Positions 37,609 through 50,445 of a stretch of DNA of 64,000 nt are shown one piece after another. This DNA is from the human T2T-CHM13v2.0 reference genome, Homo sapiens: NCBI GenBank assembly GCA_009914755.4, contig CP086569.2, forward strand, positions 14,944,001 to 15,008,000, read 5' to 3'. The notes beneath the pieces were generated by a model. It was not told where the DNA came from and made no database searches. It was given only the letters and a program-made list of their open reading frames with translations. Each line of letters begins with the position of its first letter. Positions within the stretch are counted from its first letter, which is position 1. The translations under genes and the position numbers were made by a program.

Positions 37609-38026
37609 CTATTCTTTTTGTGGTTTTCCAAATAAGGAATGCATCTGTGTACTTTTGGGATATTATGTTATTTTTGTTAGAAATTTAGTGAAGATGTTGT
37701 AAAGAACATTTTTGAACGTTTATGTCAATAGTATATTTATTTACGGCTTTAAAGAAAATATGATCCTTAGAGGATGTCCACTAAATGGTGATTATACTCT
37801 TTCAAAGATTACATTTGGAACCCTTCACATATTAAATTAAAATGAAGCTTATAAAATCAATGTCACATTTTAAAAATGTTTCTCTTTAATAGAAATAATT
37901 TGATACTTAGTTTCAACATCATGTTAAAAGACCTAAAGATCATCATATATTATCAGATACGTTGAGTCGTAAATAAATTATATTTCTAAAGGATGTCTAT
38001 TTTGAATTATCTTTTCAGACTGCTAT

Positions 38027-38390
38027 GGTCTGAATGTTTGTGTCCCATTCCAAAAATGTATTTGTTGAATCTTATCCCCCACAATGATGGCATAAGGAGC
38101 TGGTGCCTTTGGGGTGCAGGAGGTCCTGAGGGTGGAGCCTCATGAATGGGATGAGTGCCCTTATCAAAGAGGCCCCAGAGACCTCCCTCACCCCTTCCAC
38201 CATGTGAGGATGGGGCAAAAGTTTCTATCTATAAACCAGGAAATAGGGCCACACAAAACACTATCTGCTAGTGACTTATCTTGGAATGCTTGCTTGTCTT
38301 CCAGAACTGTGAGAAACACATTTCTATTGTTATAAGCCACCCAGTTTTGGGTATTTTGTTACAGCAGCCTGCCTGGACAGACTAAAACAG
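38027..38390 (+). mobile_element. MaLR solo LTR (same MST/MLT-like subtype as 27092-27455)
   Basis: tggtctgaatgtttgtgtccc...gtgcaggaggtcctgagggtggagcctcatgaatgggatgagtgcccttatcaaagaggcc...ccatgtgaggatg...ccagaactgtgagaaacacatttctattgttataagccacccagttttgggtattttgttacagcagcctgcctggacagactaaaacag. Confidence 0.75.
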
Positions 38391-40251
38391 AGAAATTCTT
38401 TTCTGTTATCAAAGAAAAGTCTTATTTTGTTTTACATAATATAAACATATATGTTTGTATATATATTTGTAATATATATAATATGGTGTATATATATGTA
38501 ATACAAAATTTTTGAAAATACATTACTCCTTTTAGAAAGAATTTGCCCTGTGTTCCTTTAGGTAGTCAGTTCTTGAAGCCTATTTCTAATAGAGGGAAAA
38601 TGGCTATGTACAATGTAAAAAGCATTTACATTAGTAAGATGGGTTTGGCTTGGAAGCTTTAGAAACTCAATTCCAACTAGCTTAAGTAAAACAAATAGAA
38701 AAAGGTAGGTGTAGTGAGGAAAGGTAAAATATAAAACATATTGTTTGAAGACTTTGAAAGCTAACCTGCTCTGTCTTATACTTATCTAAAATGCCAGTTG
38801 CAAGCACTGAAATCAAATAATTCTAATACAACAACAGAAACACTCAGGAAATCTTCATTATGTCTATTTTTCAGTGCAATATATAATATTATATTTGCAT
38901 CCACAGGCTCAAGAACTGCAACTACACCTAGATGCCTCTCTCTTTCTTTTTTCTTTTCTTTTTTTTTTTTTTTTCCTCTCTATCTCATTCTCAGCTCTGG
39001 ATCCCTCTAAGCCACCTCTGTTTTCCGGCTGTCTCTCTCCACATAGTGGCATTCACACATGACCTTTTTCATCTCTTCCATCATTTTGTCCCTGGAGATG
39101 GAGACCTATGGGAAGGAAATAGCCCCTCTTTCTACGGTTTTGGAGGGGGAGTTCTACTCCAAGACTGCAAAAGTTCCTTTCTCTGAATTCCATGGTGGTC
39201 TCAAGACAACATATTGCTTAAACTAAGCACAGAGCGCATGTTATCATGAGTTATTACCTTAAAGCCCCCATGTAAAGGGCAGTGCTCTTGCAGTGTGGTC
39301 ACATTCCCCCGAAATTAAAGTGCATGCATCCAATCTCCACAGTTCATTGAGAGTGGTTTGCAGCATTTGGGGAGGAGGTGACAAGAGGAGTTATCAAGCA
39401 GGAGGGAGAATAAGCATATTGAATACACATGACAAGAGATTTGTTGTTTTTTTTTTTTAAAAAAGCAAAGCATTTGTAATGTTGACCAACAAGAGGTATT
39501 GAGGTGCTAAGATGAGAAGACTGGAAAGTGAAATAACACCACAAGGAGTGTAGACTGGAAGAACTGATTAGACTCAAAGATTCTGAAATACCATCCTGTC
39601 CCTGGAGCCAAGGTGTGGACAAGCATCCCTTATCCATGTTGATTTCTCCTCCTTTATGGGATACAGGATAAAATCTCCTGGGAGGGAGCACTGGAGAGGA
39701 AAAGGAGCCATCAAGCTGGGGCACTTTGTTTCTGTGCTGAGTGCTACTGTAGGCACCTCCCAGAGCTAAAGGTTTCTTACTTTGTAGCTGGTGAGCACAA
39801 CCAGGGCATCTATGTGTGGCTTTGCAATACCACATCATCACACTTCTGTAATTACATGTCAGATGTCTTTCTACTCACTGGCCTCTGCATCCTGGATGAT
39901 AAGGGCTGAATTCTTTCAACTGTGTATGCCCTGTATCAATGCAACACTTGTTATATAAGAGATGTTAGATGTTTAATAAATATATGATAAATGGCCAAAT
40001 AAACCAGTTTGAACTAATTACAAAGGAAAATAGAAGAGCAAAAATTAGCAAATTACAGAAAAAATGTTTTAAATGGTAATTAAACTACTATATATTCAGA
40101 ATCACAGTGGTAATTTACTTAAATCCAACATCCAAAACAAATATTTATTGATCTATACTACATGCCAAGTGCTATGCTTGGTAATGAGATAACAAAGACA
40201 AATGTGAATGAATATGATATTCTTCCTTACATTAGAAAGCTGAACTATTTT

Positions 40252-40383
40252 GTTTTATTTTTAGAGATGAGGTCTCACTATGTTGTCCAAGCTGAAGATG
40301 AACTCTTAGTCTCAAGAGATCCTCCCAGCTCAGCCTCTTGAGTGACTGAGACTACAGCCACATGCCACCTCACCCAGCTGGGA
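40252..40383 (-). mobile_element. Alu-family monomer fragment (antisense; FRAM/AluJ-like)
   Basis: ttttagagatgaggtctcactatgttgtccaagctgaagatgaactcttagtctcaagagatcctcccagctcagcctcttgagtgactgagactacagccacatgccacctcacccagctgg. Confidence 0.7.
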
Positions 40384-40471
40384 GCTGAACTTTTAATTAG
40401 TTACATGGATATATGATACGAGGCAGACAGGAATAAGGAGAAAACAAGTTTAAAATTTTAAGAGTTAAATT

Positions 40472-40622
40472 GGGCCAGGCGCAGTGGCTCATGCCTGTAA
40501 TCCCAGCACTTTGGAGGGCTGAGAAGGGAGGATCATGAGGTCAAGAGATCGAGACCATCCTGGCCACCACCCCCAGCTAATTTATGTATTTTTAGTAGAG
40601 CCCGAGTTTCACCATGTTTCCA
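40472..40622. mobile_element. Chimeric Alu: sense left monomer (40472-40566) fused head-to-head to an antisense Alu segment (40567-40622)
   Basis: gggccaggcgcagtggctcatgcctgtaatcccagcactttggagggctgagaagggaggatcatgaggtcaagagatcgagaccatcctggcc | accacccccagctaatttatgtatttttagtagagcccgagtttcaccatgtttcc. Confidence 0.75.
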
Positions 40623-40809
40623 TAACTATATTTACTTTTTGAAGAAGAGGACTCCTAGAGGGTCACTTCTTCCTTTTTATGCAATCTTCCCTTGGCCTGT
40701 GGCAAATCCTAAGCTTTGGAATTAGGTACACTTGGTTTAGAAGTCTCAGCAAATTTAAAAATATATTGTGTGATTTGTAACTAACCTGATTTGGAAATAC
40801 TGCAATAAT

Positions 40810-40935
40810 AGTCATTTATACTTAAGAAATTCTGCCATGTTAAGATATTAAATAACTTACCTGAATTGGAGACTTGATGTCATCATATTCTCAGATTAGT
40901 TTACCTGCTATTATTTATTTTTTTGCACTAAATGG
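40810..40935 (+). repeat. Low-copy direct repeat A (partner A' at ~42435-42545, ~90% identity over ~115 bp)
   Basis: aattctgccatgttaagatattaaataacttacctgaattggagacttgatgtcatcatattctcagattagtttacctgctattatttatttttttgcactaaatgggagag pairs with aattctgcaatgttaagacattgaataatttacctgaatttgagacttgatgtcatcatattctcaaatgagtttacctgttgttatttattttttgcactaaatgagag. Confidence 0.8.
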
Positions 40936-42884
40936 GAGAGTGGGTTGTTTTGTCTGATTGTGTTGGCATAATGAAAAATGTCTTTTATCTGGTGCTCCCA
41001 TGGAAAGGGAGAAAATAATTATCTTTGTTTACTTAGGGCATCCTCATTTGTTCTTCTTCAAAATAAATTTTCAGCCAAAGTAACCTTTGACTTACATTTG
41101 TTTGATTTACTTTATTTTTAGCATTTGAAATAACCCACCTGTAGGATAGCCTTGAGTTATTTTTATCAACTGTTTCTACCTACTCAGATTCACGTTCGCT
41201 CAGTTCTCACTGATGGTGTAAGTTCCTCAAGCTTTTTACTGTTGTGACAAATACATGTGTAATTAATCTTTCTCTGAGCTTTTGCATTCATAATTAAGAG
41301 GAGCACCTGACGTTGGGCATATTTTAGGTGGTAGGCAAATTTAGACATTAATGTGGAAGAGCTCAATGCTGTAATTCTTTTTCTCAGCTCTCACAATTTG
41401 CAAGGAAGCCATGGTGCTAGACTCTGTGGGGAACTCAAAGATGAGTAAGTCTGGGCTATGGAGAATATTGAATATAATTGAAATTAGTACAAGGAAATCG
41501 GGAAGATGGGCAGTCTAGCTCAATAGAATGAACACACATTTTGTAGGGCTACCCTGATTTCTCACCTAGAAGCTTCCAGCAGCCTATATCCACTCAAGCT
41601 CCCTGCAATCCACCCACCTCATAGCACTCAGAGTGATGTCACCCAAAGGCACATCCGATCACCTCATTTCCCCCTGGGGCAAGGACTCTCTGTTGACTTA
41701 GGATAATGTGGCCCAAATTTCTCAGCATGCATTACAAGGCCCCATTTGACGTAGCCCTACTTGTGGCACACCATGGGGACACATTTCAACTCTGTGCCCC
41801 TCTCTGAATTGTTCTTGCTGTTGTTTTTACTATCCTCTGCTTTCACCTTCATCCTCTTTCCAACTCCTGTTTATATTTAAGTCTCAGCATGAATATCAAA
41901 TTGGAGAGAAACCTTTGGGAACCCACGAGGTTGTAGGTTGACACCCACTGTATTGATTTCATGTTACTACTTTGATGAAGGACCTTTAAGTTAGTGGCTT
42001 AAAACAGCATGTGTTTATCATCTTCCAGCTCTAGAGGTCCTAAGAGTCTGGTCTAAAATGAATATGTCCATGCTCACTCTCTCCAGAGGTTCCAGGGAAG
42101 AATCCATTTCCTTACCTTTTTGGGTTTCTGGAGGGTGCCCAGACTTCTTGGTTCCTGACCCCTTGCTTGATTTCTAAAGCTGTAAGCACAGCATCTTCAA
42201 ATCTCTCTAACTCTGGCTCTCCTACCTCTCTCTTTCCCTTACAAGGACACTTGTAATGACCTTGGGCCTTGTCAGGTCATCTAGGATTATTTCCTCATCT
42301 CAAGGTCCTTAATTGCACCTACGAAGTTCCTTTTGACATAGAGGGTCTCCTAGTCACAGGTTCCAGGTACTAGAATGTGGACATCTTTGTGGGGAGTGGA
42401 GAGACTGCTGCAATAGTACAGCCACTTAACTGAAATTCTGCAATGTTAAGACATTGAATAATTTACCTGAATTTGAGACTTGATGTCATCATATTCTCAA
42501 ATGAGTTTACCTGTTGTTATTTATTTTTTGCACTAAATGAGAGTCAAACACACCCTCATGGGGGCTCTCATGGCCTCTGTGACCTGCTCTTGGAGGCACT
42601 TATGAATCTCATGAGCACAGGTTCTTTGTATCTTGTCCTCTCCAAGTCCGAGTGCCTAGCCAAGCACCTGGTGCCCAGTTAGTTGCTAAATCAATTCATT
42701 GTTTAATAAAAAACAGACTTGGGTGTAAATCCTGGCTCTGAGATGCATTTTTAATGAGATACTGGGATACATACTTGAACTCTCCAATCCTCTGTTTTCT
42801 TCTCTGTCAAGTGGGATGGTTATACCCACCTTGCAGGGTGATGTGAAGATTAACTGACCGTGTCACCTCTGTAGATCCCAGTAC

Positions 42885-43085
42885 AGGGTAGACACAAACA
42901 CCCCTGAAAGACTTATAAAATGCCAGTGCCCAACACGAATCTCTGAAGACTGATTCAGCCTATGCAAACCGTAGGAATCGCCATTCTTATTTCTGTCACT
43001 GGTGCTGTCATTTGTAATCAGACCAGTTGCAGGGTTGTAATCAAACTGCTACTGAGACCACAAAATTGGGGTGAGAGAGAAGATT
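42885..43085 (+). repeat. Low-copy direct repeat B (partner B' at ~47040-47235, ~88% identity over ~185 bp)
   Basis: gacttataaaatgccagtgcccaacacgaatctctgaagactgattcagcctatgcaaaccgtaggaatcgccattcttatttctgtcactggtgctgtcatttgtaatcagaccagttgcagggttgtaatcaaactgctactgagaccacaaaattggggtgagagagaag pairs with gacttttataaaataccagtgcccaagatgaatctccgaagactaattcagtctgtgcaaaccatagacgtcactattcctatttctgtcactggtgctgtcatttgtaatcacgcctgttgcagggtcataatcaaactgctattgagaccataaaattggggtgggagagaag. Confidence 0.85.
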
Positions 43086-43399
43086 AATTGCACTGAAGAA
43101 ACCTTTTGAGAAAAATGTGCTCAATTAAAATTCCGATTAAGTCTTCAAGTATTTTTCAGATGGGGACAAAGGCCATTTAAGGTGGTTTACAAAGGAAAAA
43201 ACAAACAAACAAAATGATTAGGATTATGAGAATGTATAACTGGCAAAGGGCCTGAGAGAATGGTGGATGAGGTCCCTGCCAGGTGGAGAATTTGCATACC
43301 TTTAATAGTGTGACACTCTACTTTTGCTGTTGGGTCTGTGGAATCCCAAGTTTTATAAGTGGAATGATTTCTTTCTTTACAGTATATAGGGACACTTTT

Positions 43400-43713
<314 letters not shown>

Positions 43714-44532
43714 TTAATCTTCTTTTTTTAAGAATGTAACCAATTTACCTAGAAGTTTGCTGAAGAAATCAGAAAGCAGTCATTCGGGGCAGTAACACTG
43801 GGTTATGACTTCATGGCCCAGCTAAGGTATACACAGTACATTTTTCCCAAAAGTACGTGAAAACAGAGTGTTGAGGACTGTCTGTACAAACTGTGGCAAG
43901 GTCAGCATTCTCTCCTGTAAAATATTTACAAGGTGTTCAATAATTAAGGGTGAATAATGCAGATTGTTTTTGTTCTTTAGAAGTGGATTCTTCCTTTCAA
44001 TGTTCACGAACTGGCCCAGAACCTACTTCAAGTATCCATCACCAACAGCAAAATCAGAGAAAATCACTTAGTCTCCAATTTTTCCTCCAGGGAAGGCCTC
44101 ATTAATGTAACAAAGGCACATTTCCTGTTTGAAGAAATCAGCAAGTGCTGATTTCAACATTTCCTAAAATATAATGAGCATTGCCACGTTCTTTAGATCC
44201 TGTCTCTCTTATCAGACCAGATAGATGTTTAAGTGCTCTGTACATTATGTGTTTGATGAAAGCATTGACCAGGATCCCTCCTGATGCAGCCTCACAATGC
44301 ACTGTGATCCAAAAGCTCCCTGTACTTGTTCAGTGTTTTCCTGCAATGTTCAGATCTCATGTTGATTATGCGAAGCAAGTCACTGATGCAGTTTAGTAGC
44401 AATAATAATTCCTGAAATTTATGTGGCTAATAATTTGGAGTGTATGTAAGGTTTTTAACATGTACTCTCTTATTCTATCCTTCAAGTCCTTTTGTAAGTT
44501 AGGTAGGACTGGTTTTATTGTGACCCTTTAAT

Positions 44533-44830
44533 GTTTTTGTTTTTCTTGAGACGGTGTCTCACTCTGTTGCCCAGGCTGGAGGGCAGTGGTACGATATTGG
44601 CTCACTGAAACCTTCCAGCTCCTAGGTTCAAACAAGTCTCCTGCCTCAGCCTCCTGAGTAGCTGGGATTACAGGTGTGCACCATCACAACTACCTAATTT
44701 TTGTATTTTTAGTAGTGATGGGGTTTTGCTTTGTTGGTCAGGCTGGTCTTGAACTGCTGACCTCAAATGATCTGCCTGCCTTGGTCTCCAAGGTGCTGGA
44801 ATTACAAGCATGAGCCACCATGCCCGGTCC
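44533..44830 (-). mobile_element. Alu SINE (antisense)
   Basis: tttttgtttttcttgagacggtgtctcactctgttgcccaggctggagggcagtggtacgatattggctcactgaaacc...ggaattacaagcatgagccaccatgcccggtcc. Confidence 0.9.
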
Positions 44831-45129
44831 CTTTTATGTTTTTATCAGAGAAGTGATTGGAAAGATTTTATGTGATGTCCACACCTCGGTGACCAAGATT
44901 ATCCTGCATGGTAGTGGGAACCAATTCTGGTAACCAAGTCTCTTAACTTTTCAATCTAATGTTCTATTTTGTTTCTCCATTTTGTTCTGATGTCTTTGTA
45001 TCCAAACACATTTGAAAGTTGGTTGGTTGAGAATTCATTATCTCTAGGATATACTTCAGCTGACTGATTTCCAAATACCAATGTGCTCGCTGTGCTAATG
45101 CAGTGAATATTTGTAGGATGGAAAGGGTG

Positions 45130-45235
45130 TACTTCCTTGGAATTTTTTCTTGTTTTTCCCTCTAGTGCAAATATTAAGCTTCAGGTAATATGGAGGATGT
45201 ATGTTTTCATACAGCAGAAGGTACTTTTCTATAAT
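45130..45235 (+). repeat. Low-copy direct repeat C (partner C' at ~50750-50845, ~85% identity over ~95 bp)
   Basis: ttggaattttttcttgtttttccctctagtgcaaatattaagcttcaggtaatatggaggatgtatgttttcatacagcagaaggtac pairs with ttggaattctttcttttctctctagtgcaaaacataacaggcttcaggtaatatgagaacgtatgctttgatacagcagaaggtaa. Confidence 0.75.
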
Positions 45236-45839
45236 CCTATTACAATATTATGTAGACTTCACAATGTAAAGGGAACAGATGGCCACCCATGCTGAGTGGT
45301 CTTAAATTGTCAAAGTCCAGTACAGACAGATAAGGCTTGCAGTAGGTAGACATGCATCTTCTGGTTTAGCTAGGAACAGATTGTGTAAGCTCCCAGAGGC
45401 AGGGAATTCTCTGGTTTGCTCACTGCCGTGGCTCAGTACCTGCCACACTGCCAGCCTTTTTGTGGGCACTATGTAATATGTGTGAAATGAATAGATATGA
45501 TGCAAGGTGGCATCTGTTGAACTGACCCTAAATTGGGGCCAGTGTAACAGTGATTTTTTTTTTTTTAATCAATCAAAAGAAAAAAAAGAAGCTGGGCCCT
45601 TCATACTCAGTAACCTCGGCAAAATCACATAGCTGGTTGGGCCCCAGCTGTGACTGTGGTCCATGTGTCTAGCACTGTCCCCTAACTATACCCCACGCTG
45701 GATAAAATGCCCATCTTCCCTGTCAATCCCTTTTATGTGGCAGACAGAAGAATGACACCCAAAGCTGCCCTTACCCTAATTCCCAGAACCTGTCCAGAAG
45801 TAAACTTACCTGGCAAAAGGGATTCTGTAGATGTGATTA

Positions 45840-46270
45840 CGTTAAAGGTCTGAGATAGGAGGATGATCCCATATTATCCAAGTGGACCCTAACTAAGTAC
45901 ATGAATCTTGAAAAATGGACACCTTTCCTGGATTCTGTTTACCATGGCTGGTTTGGAGATGTAGCAACCACATGCCAGGGGAGCACAAAGGCTTCTAGGA
46001 AAGCAGCTCCCCACTGACAGCAGCAAAGAAAAGGGGGCATCTGCCCTGTAACCTGTGGAACTGAATTCTCTGAACAGCTGACTGAGCAAGGAGACACATT
46101 CTCCCCCAGAGCCTCCAGAAAGAGACGCAGCCCTGCCGACCCCTGGATTTTCCCCAGTGAGACCCATACCAGACTTTGGACTGTCAGACTGTATGACAAC
46201 ACGTTTGTCTTGTTTGAAGGGGTTAAAGTTATAGCAATTTATTATAACAGCAATAGCAAACTATTGCTGT
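45840..46270 (+). mobile_element. Probable old MaLR (MLT1-like) LTR 3' portion
   Basis: ...gcctccagaaagagacgcagccctgccgacccctggattttccccagtgagacccataccagactttggactgtcagactgtatgacaacacgtttgtcttgtttgaagg...tataacagcaatagcaaact resembles MLT1-type LTR ends (…ccagcctccagaactgtgag.aataaatttgtgttgttttaagccactaagtttgtggtaatttgttacagcagcaat…). Confidence 0.4.
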
Positions 46271-46903
46271 TAAGTAAACATGGCATATTTCTAGTTTGTT
46301 TGTTTGGGATAATAACTATTCAGAAAATTGGGGTAATTACTTGAGTCCATTGAGGAGGAGAGAAATTGTTGACACAAACATGTAATACTTTGTAAGGAGA
46401 ATATTGAATAACTGACACTTACTATAGGTTCTACAAGAAACATTCTACATGTTTAGGAGGATATTTTAACCTATTTCAGAACTAAAAAGAAGGAAGGATG
46501 AATATTTCCTTGATACCAGATGGTGACTGTCAAACCATACGAAATCTATGACTGAAATACTTACGAAGCATTTAGCAGAAAAGAGTGAGAGTGCGGGAAG
46601 ACTAGGGATGATGTAGCAAAGGAAGAAGCATGAAGGGGAATTAAAATAAACCCCCTGCCAAGTAGGGACATGATCAAGTATATATGTTCCCATGAAAGAA
46701 GAGGCTGGTGGGAGAATGTTGTTTGAGGTGGTACCATGGGGGATGGTGGTTCTGACCTATCAGCTGGGGTTGGGGAGGCTGCCTGAAGGTCACCCTTAGG
46801 TAGAGACAGGAGGATCTGAGTTCGTGAAGCCATGTGTTGAAGCAACTCAATGATAGATGGCTGTGGGTCACCCAGGGCTTGGCACACCTGGGTCTGAACA
46901 CAT

Positions 46904-47040
46904 GGCCTGGGGTCTTGATATGGTTTGGGTGTGTCCATGTTATGGGAGGGACCTGGTGGGAGATAACTGAATCATGGGGGCAGTTTCCCCCATCCCATAC
47001 TGTTCTTCTCATAGTGAATAAGTATCATGACTTCTGATGG
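46904..47040 (+). mobile_element. THE1/MST-type MaLR LTR 5' fragment (first ~135 bp), truncated where repeat copy B' begins
   Basis: tgatatggtttgggtgtgtccatgttatgggagggacctggtgggagataactgaatcatgggggcagtttcccccatcccatactgttcttctcatagtgaataagtatcatgacttctgatggttttataagag. Confidence 0.8.
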
Positions 47041-49909
47041 TTTTATAAGAGACTTTTATAAAATACCAGTGCCCAAGATGAATCTCCGAAGACTAATTCA
47101 GTCTGTGCAAACCATAGACGTCACTATTCCTATTTCTGTCACTGGTGCTGTCATTTGTAATCACGCCTGTTGCAGGGTCATAATCAAACTGCTATTGAGA
47201 CCATAAAATTGGGGTGGGAGAGAAGTATTTCAATAAACAAGTGATTGAGATAGATGTCCATAAAATTGACCAAAAGATGAAAAAAAAAATCCATTGTGAG
47301 AAATCCAACATATGTATGCTGGCTCTGGTAAAAATATATATTTTATATTAAAATAAATTTGTTCCAGGGGCAATCTCAACCACTTATTAGCAGACAGATC
47401 TTTGGGCAACTTTGTCTTTCTGAGAGAAGGTTATGAGAGAATTAAATGAGACACTATATTTGAGGGAAAGTCTACTTCATGAGTGTATGGTCTGTGCATT
47501 TGCATGTGGCTCCACTATCCAAGGAGCCTCACCATTGGTTTAATGCTCTGCTGCCAACATCTTAATATTCTCCATACTTTCTGAACAAGAGGCCCTGCAT
47601 TTTTATTTTGCACAGGACCCAGAAGTTATATGCCTAGTTCTGGCACCTCGCACCAGCATGGTGCAACAGAATCGTTTCACACATGGCTATTTCTTGCCTT
47701 CTTTCCTGCTGGAATCCCTGTGATATGCTATTATGCTTGCATTTGCCACTGCTGAAACCGGAGCCCCCAGAAGCTTTTTTGGGCACTTGTCAGGAGCCTG
47801 TTGCTATAGGAACTGTTAAAAACAGGCCCTGTGCCTTTGTAACCAATATGCTACCAACAACATTGGACAACCTTCTTTAGTCCCACTATTGAGGTAGGTG
47901 GAGGAGTGTCGGGTCCATTCCCACCACTGAGAAGGGAGAGAGATACACAACAGATGTTTGTTGAGTGTTAGCTCTGCCAAGGGTGGGACATACCAGGAGA
48001 GACACAAGTCCCTGTCCTTTCAGTGGGTATTTTGGTAATTAGGAAACAGGAGACATGACCAAGGAAGAACCACTGCATAAGAAAGCTATGGAAGTTCCCT
48101 ATACCTGGTGCAGAAATAAACATGGCAAGAGTGGGTTCCAACTGTGTCGGGTCACATCTCAAAAGAGGATTTTCCTATGGAAATTGCTATGCTGGTGACT
48201 GAGTCTGTAATTTAGTTGCAGTTCAGAATAAATAGGCTCTTGAGAGCTGACCCAAATCAATGTAGTTGCATGCATTTTTATAATCAAATAGAGTAGCTAT
48301 TTATTCAAAGCCTATTTATTCTGAGTTCTAAATAATTGTAAATGGATGATCCAGGAGTCAGGATTTGAGCCATAATTCATTTCTGAATAATGTATGATGA
48401 AAAAAAAATCTCATGAAATCCTTGACAGCAAACTGTTATAGAGTCCTTCACTTATCAGTTGAAAGATTATAGCTTAGAAAATATTCAGTATCTAATGCTG
48501 TATGTTTTCAAATAGAACACTAATGATTTGGAAACTACATGGCAAAATAAAACACTTACATTTCATAAAAGCTCTCAGAGCCCAGCTTCTTATGATGTAA
48601 GGAATGAAAGTTCCCTAAATGACAATCTTTTTCAATTTCTTAAGTGGGAGATAAAGCATAATTGGTGTCACTGCTTGCCAGGGCTCCATTACATATCCTG
48701 ACTACATCATTGGAACATAAAATATGTCATTCCCTTTGCAAATCCTGGTGACATACATGAGAACATCTCTGAGTTGTGGGCTAACCTCCCCTATCATAAT
48801 CAGAGGGCTTTGTTCCTCCAGAACATAGGAGTGCAACTGTAACATGATTTTTATGGTATACGATGGAACACTGCAAATAATTTATTTGTAACCTTTACAT
48901 ACTCAGGAATTTAGACCTAACTTAAATTTCAGTTTGTAATAACTTGTGTGTCTAATATTAAAATGCTGATTTTTACCCAAGGTAAATTGACTGATTCAGA
49001 GCATGTCAAGTTGTACCTATCTGTTTAGAGTCTTTTCAGGTATTAAAAATATTATCTTTTATGTAATTGTGTGCAGCTTGAAGTCTGTGAGACTTATTTA
49101 CTGAGATTTGGATAGTCAATAACATGTCAGTTATATTGTCTGAATGTTAATGCCTGTAGTTACGAGATGCTTCTTTATTTTATTCATCTAGGTCCTCCTA
49201 GCCAGCAGTTTCATGCCCATACATGCATGATTGAAGCCAGCGGAATACAAAGGGCAGATAAAGTTATTAAAACTGAGGAATTACCCTCCTCTGATACTAA
49301 TATGTTTCTTTTAAAACATTCAATTTTATAATTATTTTAATGGCTCCAAAATGTATGTTTTTTCCTCATAAATAGCTTTGTTTCTCTTTAAGAGGGAAAA
49401 ATACAGAGACAGTGGTAACTTACGAAGATCTTGTGAATGAGAATGATTGGACTGTGATGCTCTTGTTTTCATCTTTAAAATATATATTTCTTTTTGTTGT
49501 TGTTAGCAGTGAACGATTTTTTTTCCACCTAGTAAAGTCATACTCACAGCCCCTCTTAAGTAGAGTTACACCACCGTAAGGGTGGGAAAAAGCTTCAGGG
49601 CTCCACACCCTTGTCTTCCTCCAGACAATGCAGCATAGTTTCCTTCCAGCCTGCCCTTGGCACACTCCCGTCGAAGGCTCTCCACTTAACCAGACACATT
49701 GATCATCAGAATGCCAAAACCTGTTTTGTTTAAGGAGAGCGCTCCTCACTTGGGGCTGGCACTTAAGACAGGATGTCAATTCGTTTAGGGAAATTTAGAC
49801 ATGGGCATCCACCTAAAGTCTGCACTATGTGACCCAGCTTCCTTCTGTGATCTACACACGGTTTGTTCTGAACATTCACCATTCTACTCAAGGCAGCTCC
49901 TCTGCAGCA

Positions 49910-50445
49910 CAGACACATGTTCAACATGAACATTTTATACTCAAATATGGTATCTAATTTACAAATGCCACAGATGTATATTTTATAACCAAATATGCCA
50001 TCTAATGTATACCAAAACCATACATTTTATAATCAAATACAGTAGCTATTTAACAGACACAAGAGATATGTATTTTATAATCACATAAAGTATCTGTTTA
50101 GCTCATACCAGAGATATACATTGTATCATCAAATGTAGTAACTATTTAATACATTACTGGAAATATGCATCTTATAATGAAATGGAATAGCTATTTAGCA
50201 CATACAGAGATATATATTTTAAAATCAAAGAGAGTATCTGTTAGCACATACCAGAGATATGTATTTTATAATCAGAGTATCTGTCTAACATGTACCAGAT
50301 ATATGTATTTTTTAATCAAATGTAGTACCTGTTTAACACATGCCAGAGATATATATTTTATAATCAAATAAGCACATACTGGAGATATGAATTTTATAAT
50401 AAAGTATCTGTTTAGCATATATCTAATAAAGTTTCACATAAATCA
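49910..50445. repeat. Minisatellite, ~11 copies of a ~48-bp unit (consensus roughly atgtattttataatcaaataaagtatctgtttagcacataccagagatat)
   Basis: Successive units read attttataatcaaatacagtagctatttaacagacacaagagatatgt / attttataatcacataaagtatctgtttagctcataccagagatatac / ...attttaaaatcaaagagagtatctgttagcacataccagagatatgt / attttttaatcaaatgtagtacctgtttaacacatgccagagatatat ... Confidence 0.85.

Noticed and set aside
39344-39841. 165-aa minus-strand ORF in unique sequence
   Set aside because: There is no CpG island, no splice-site pattern and no recognisable domain. An ORF of this length is expected by chance in 64 kb of six-frame translation.
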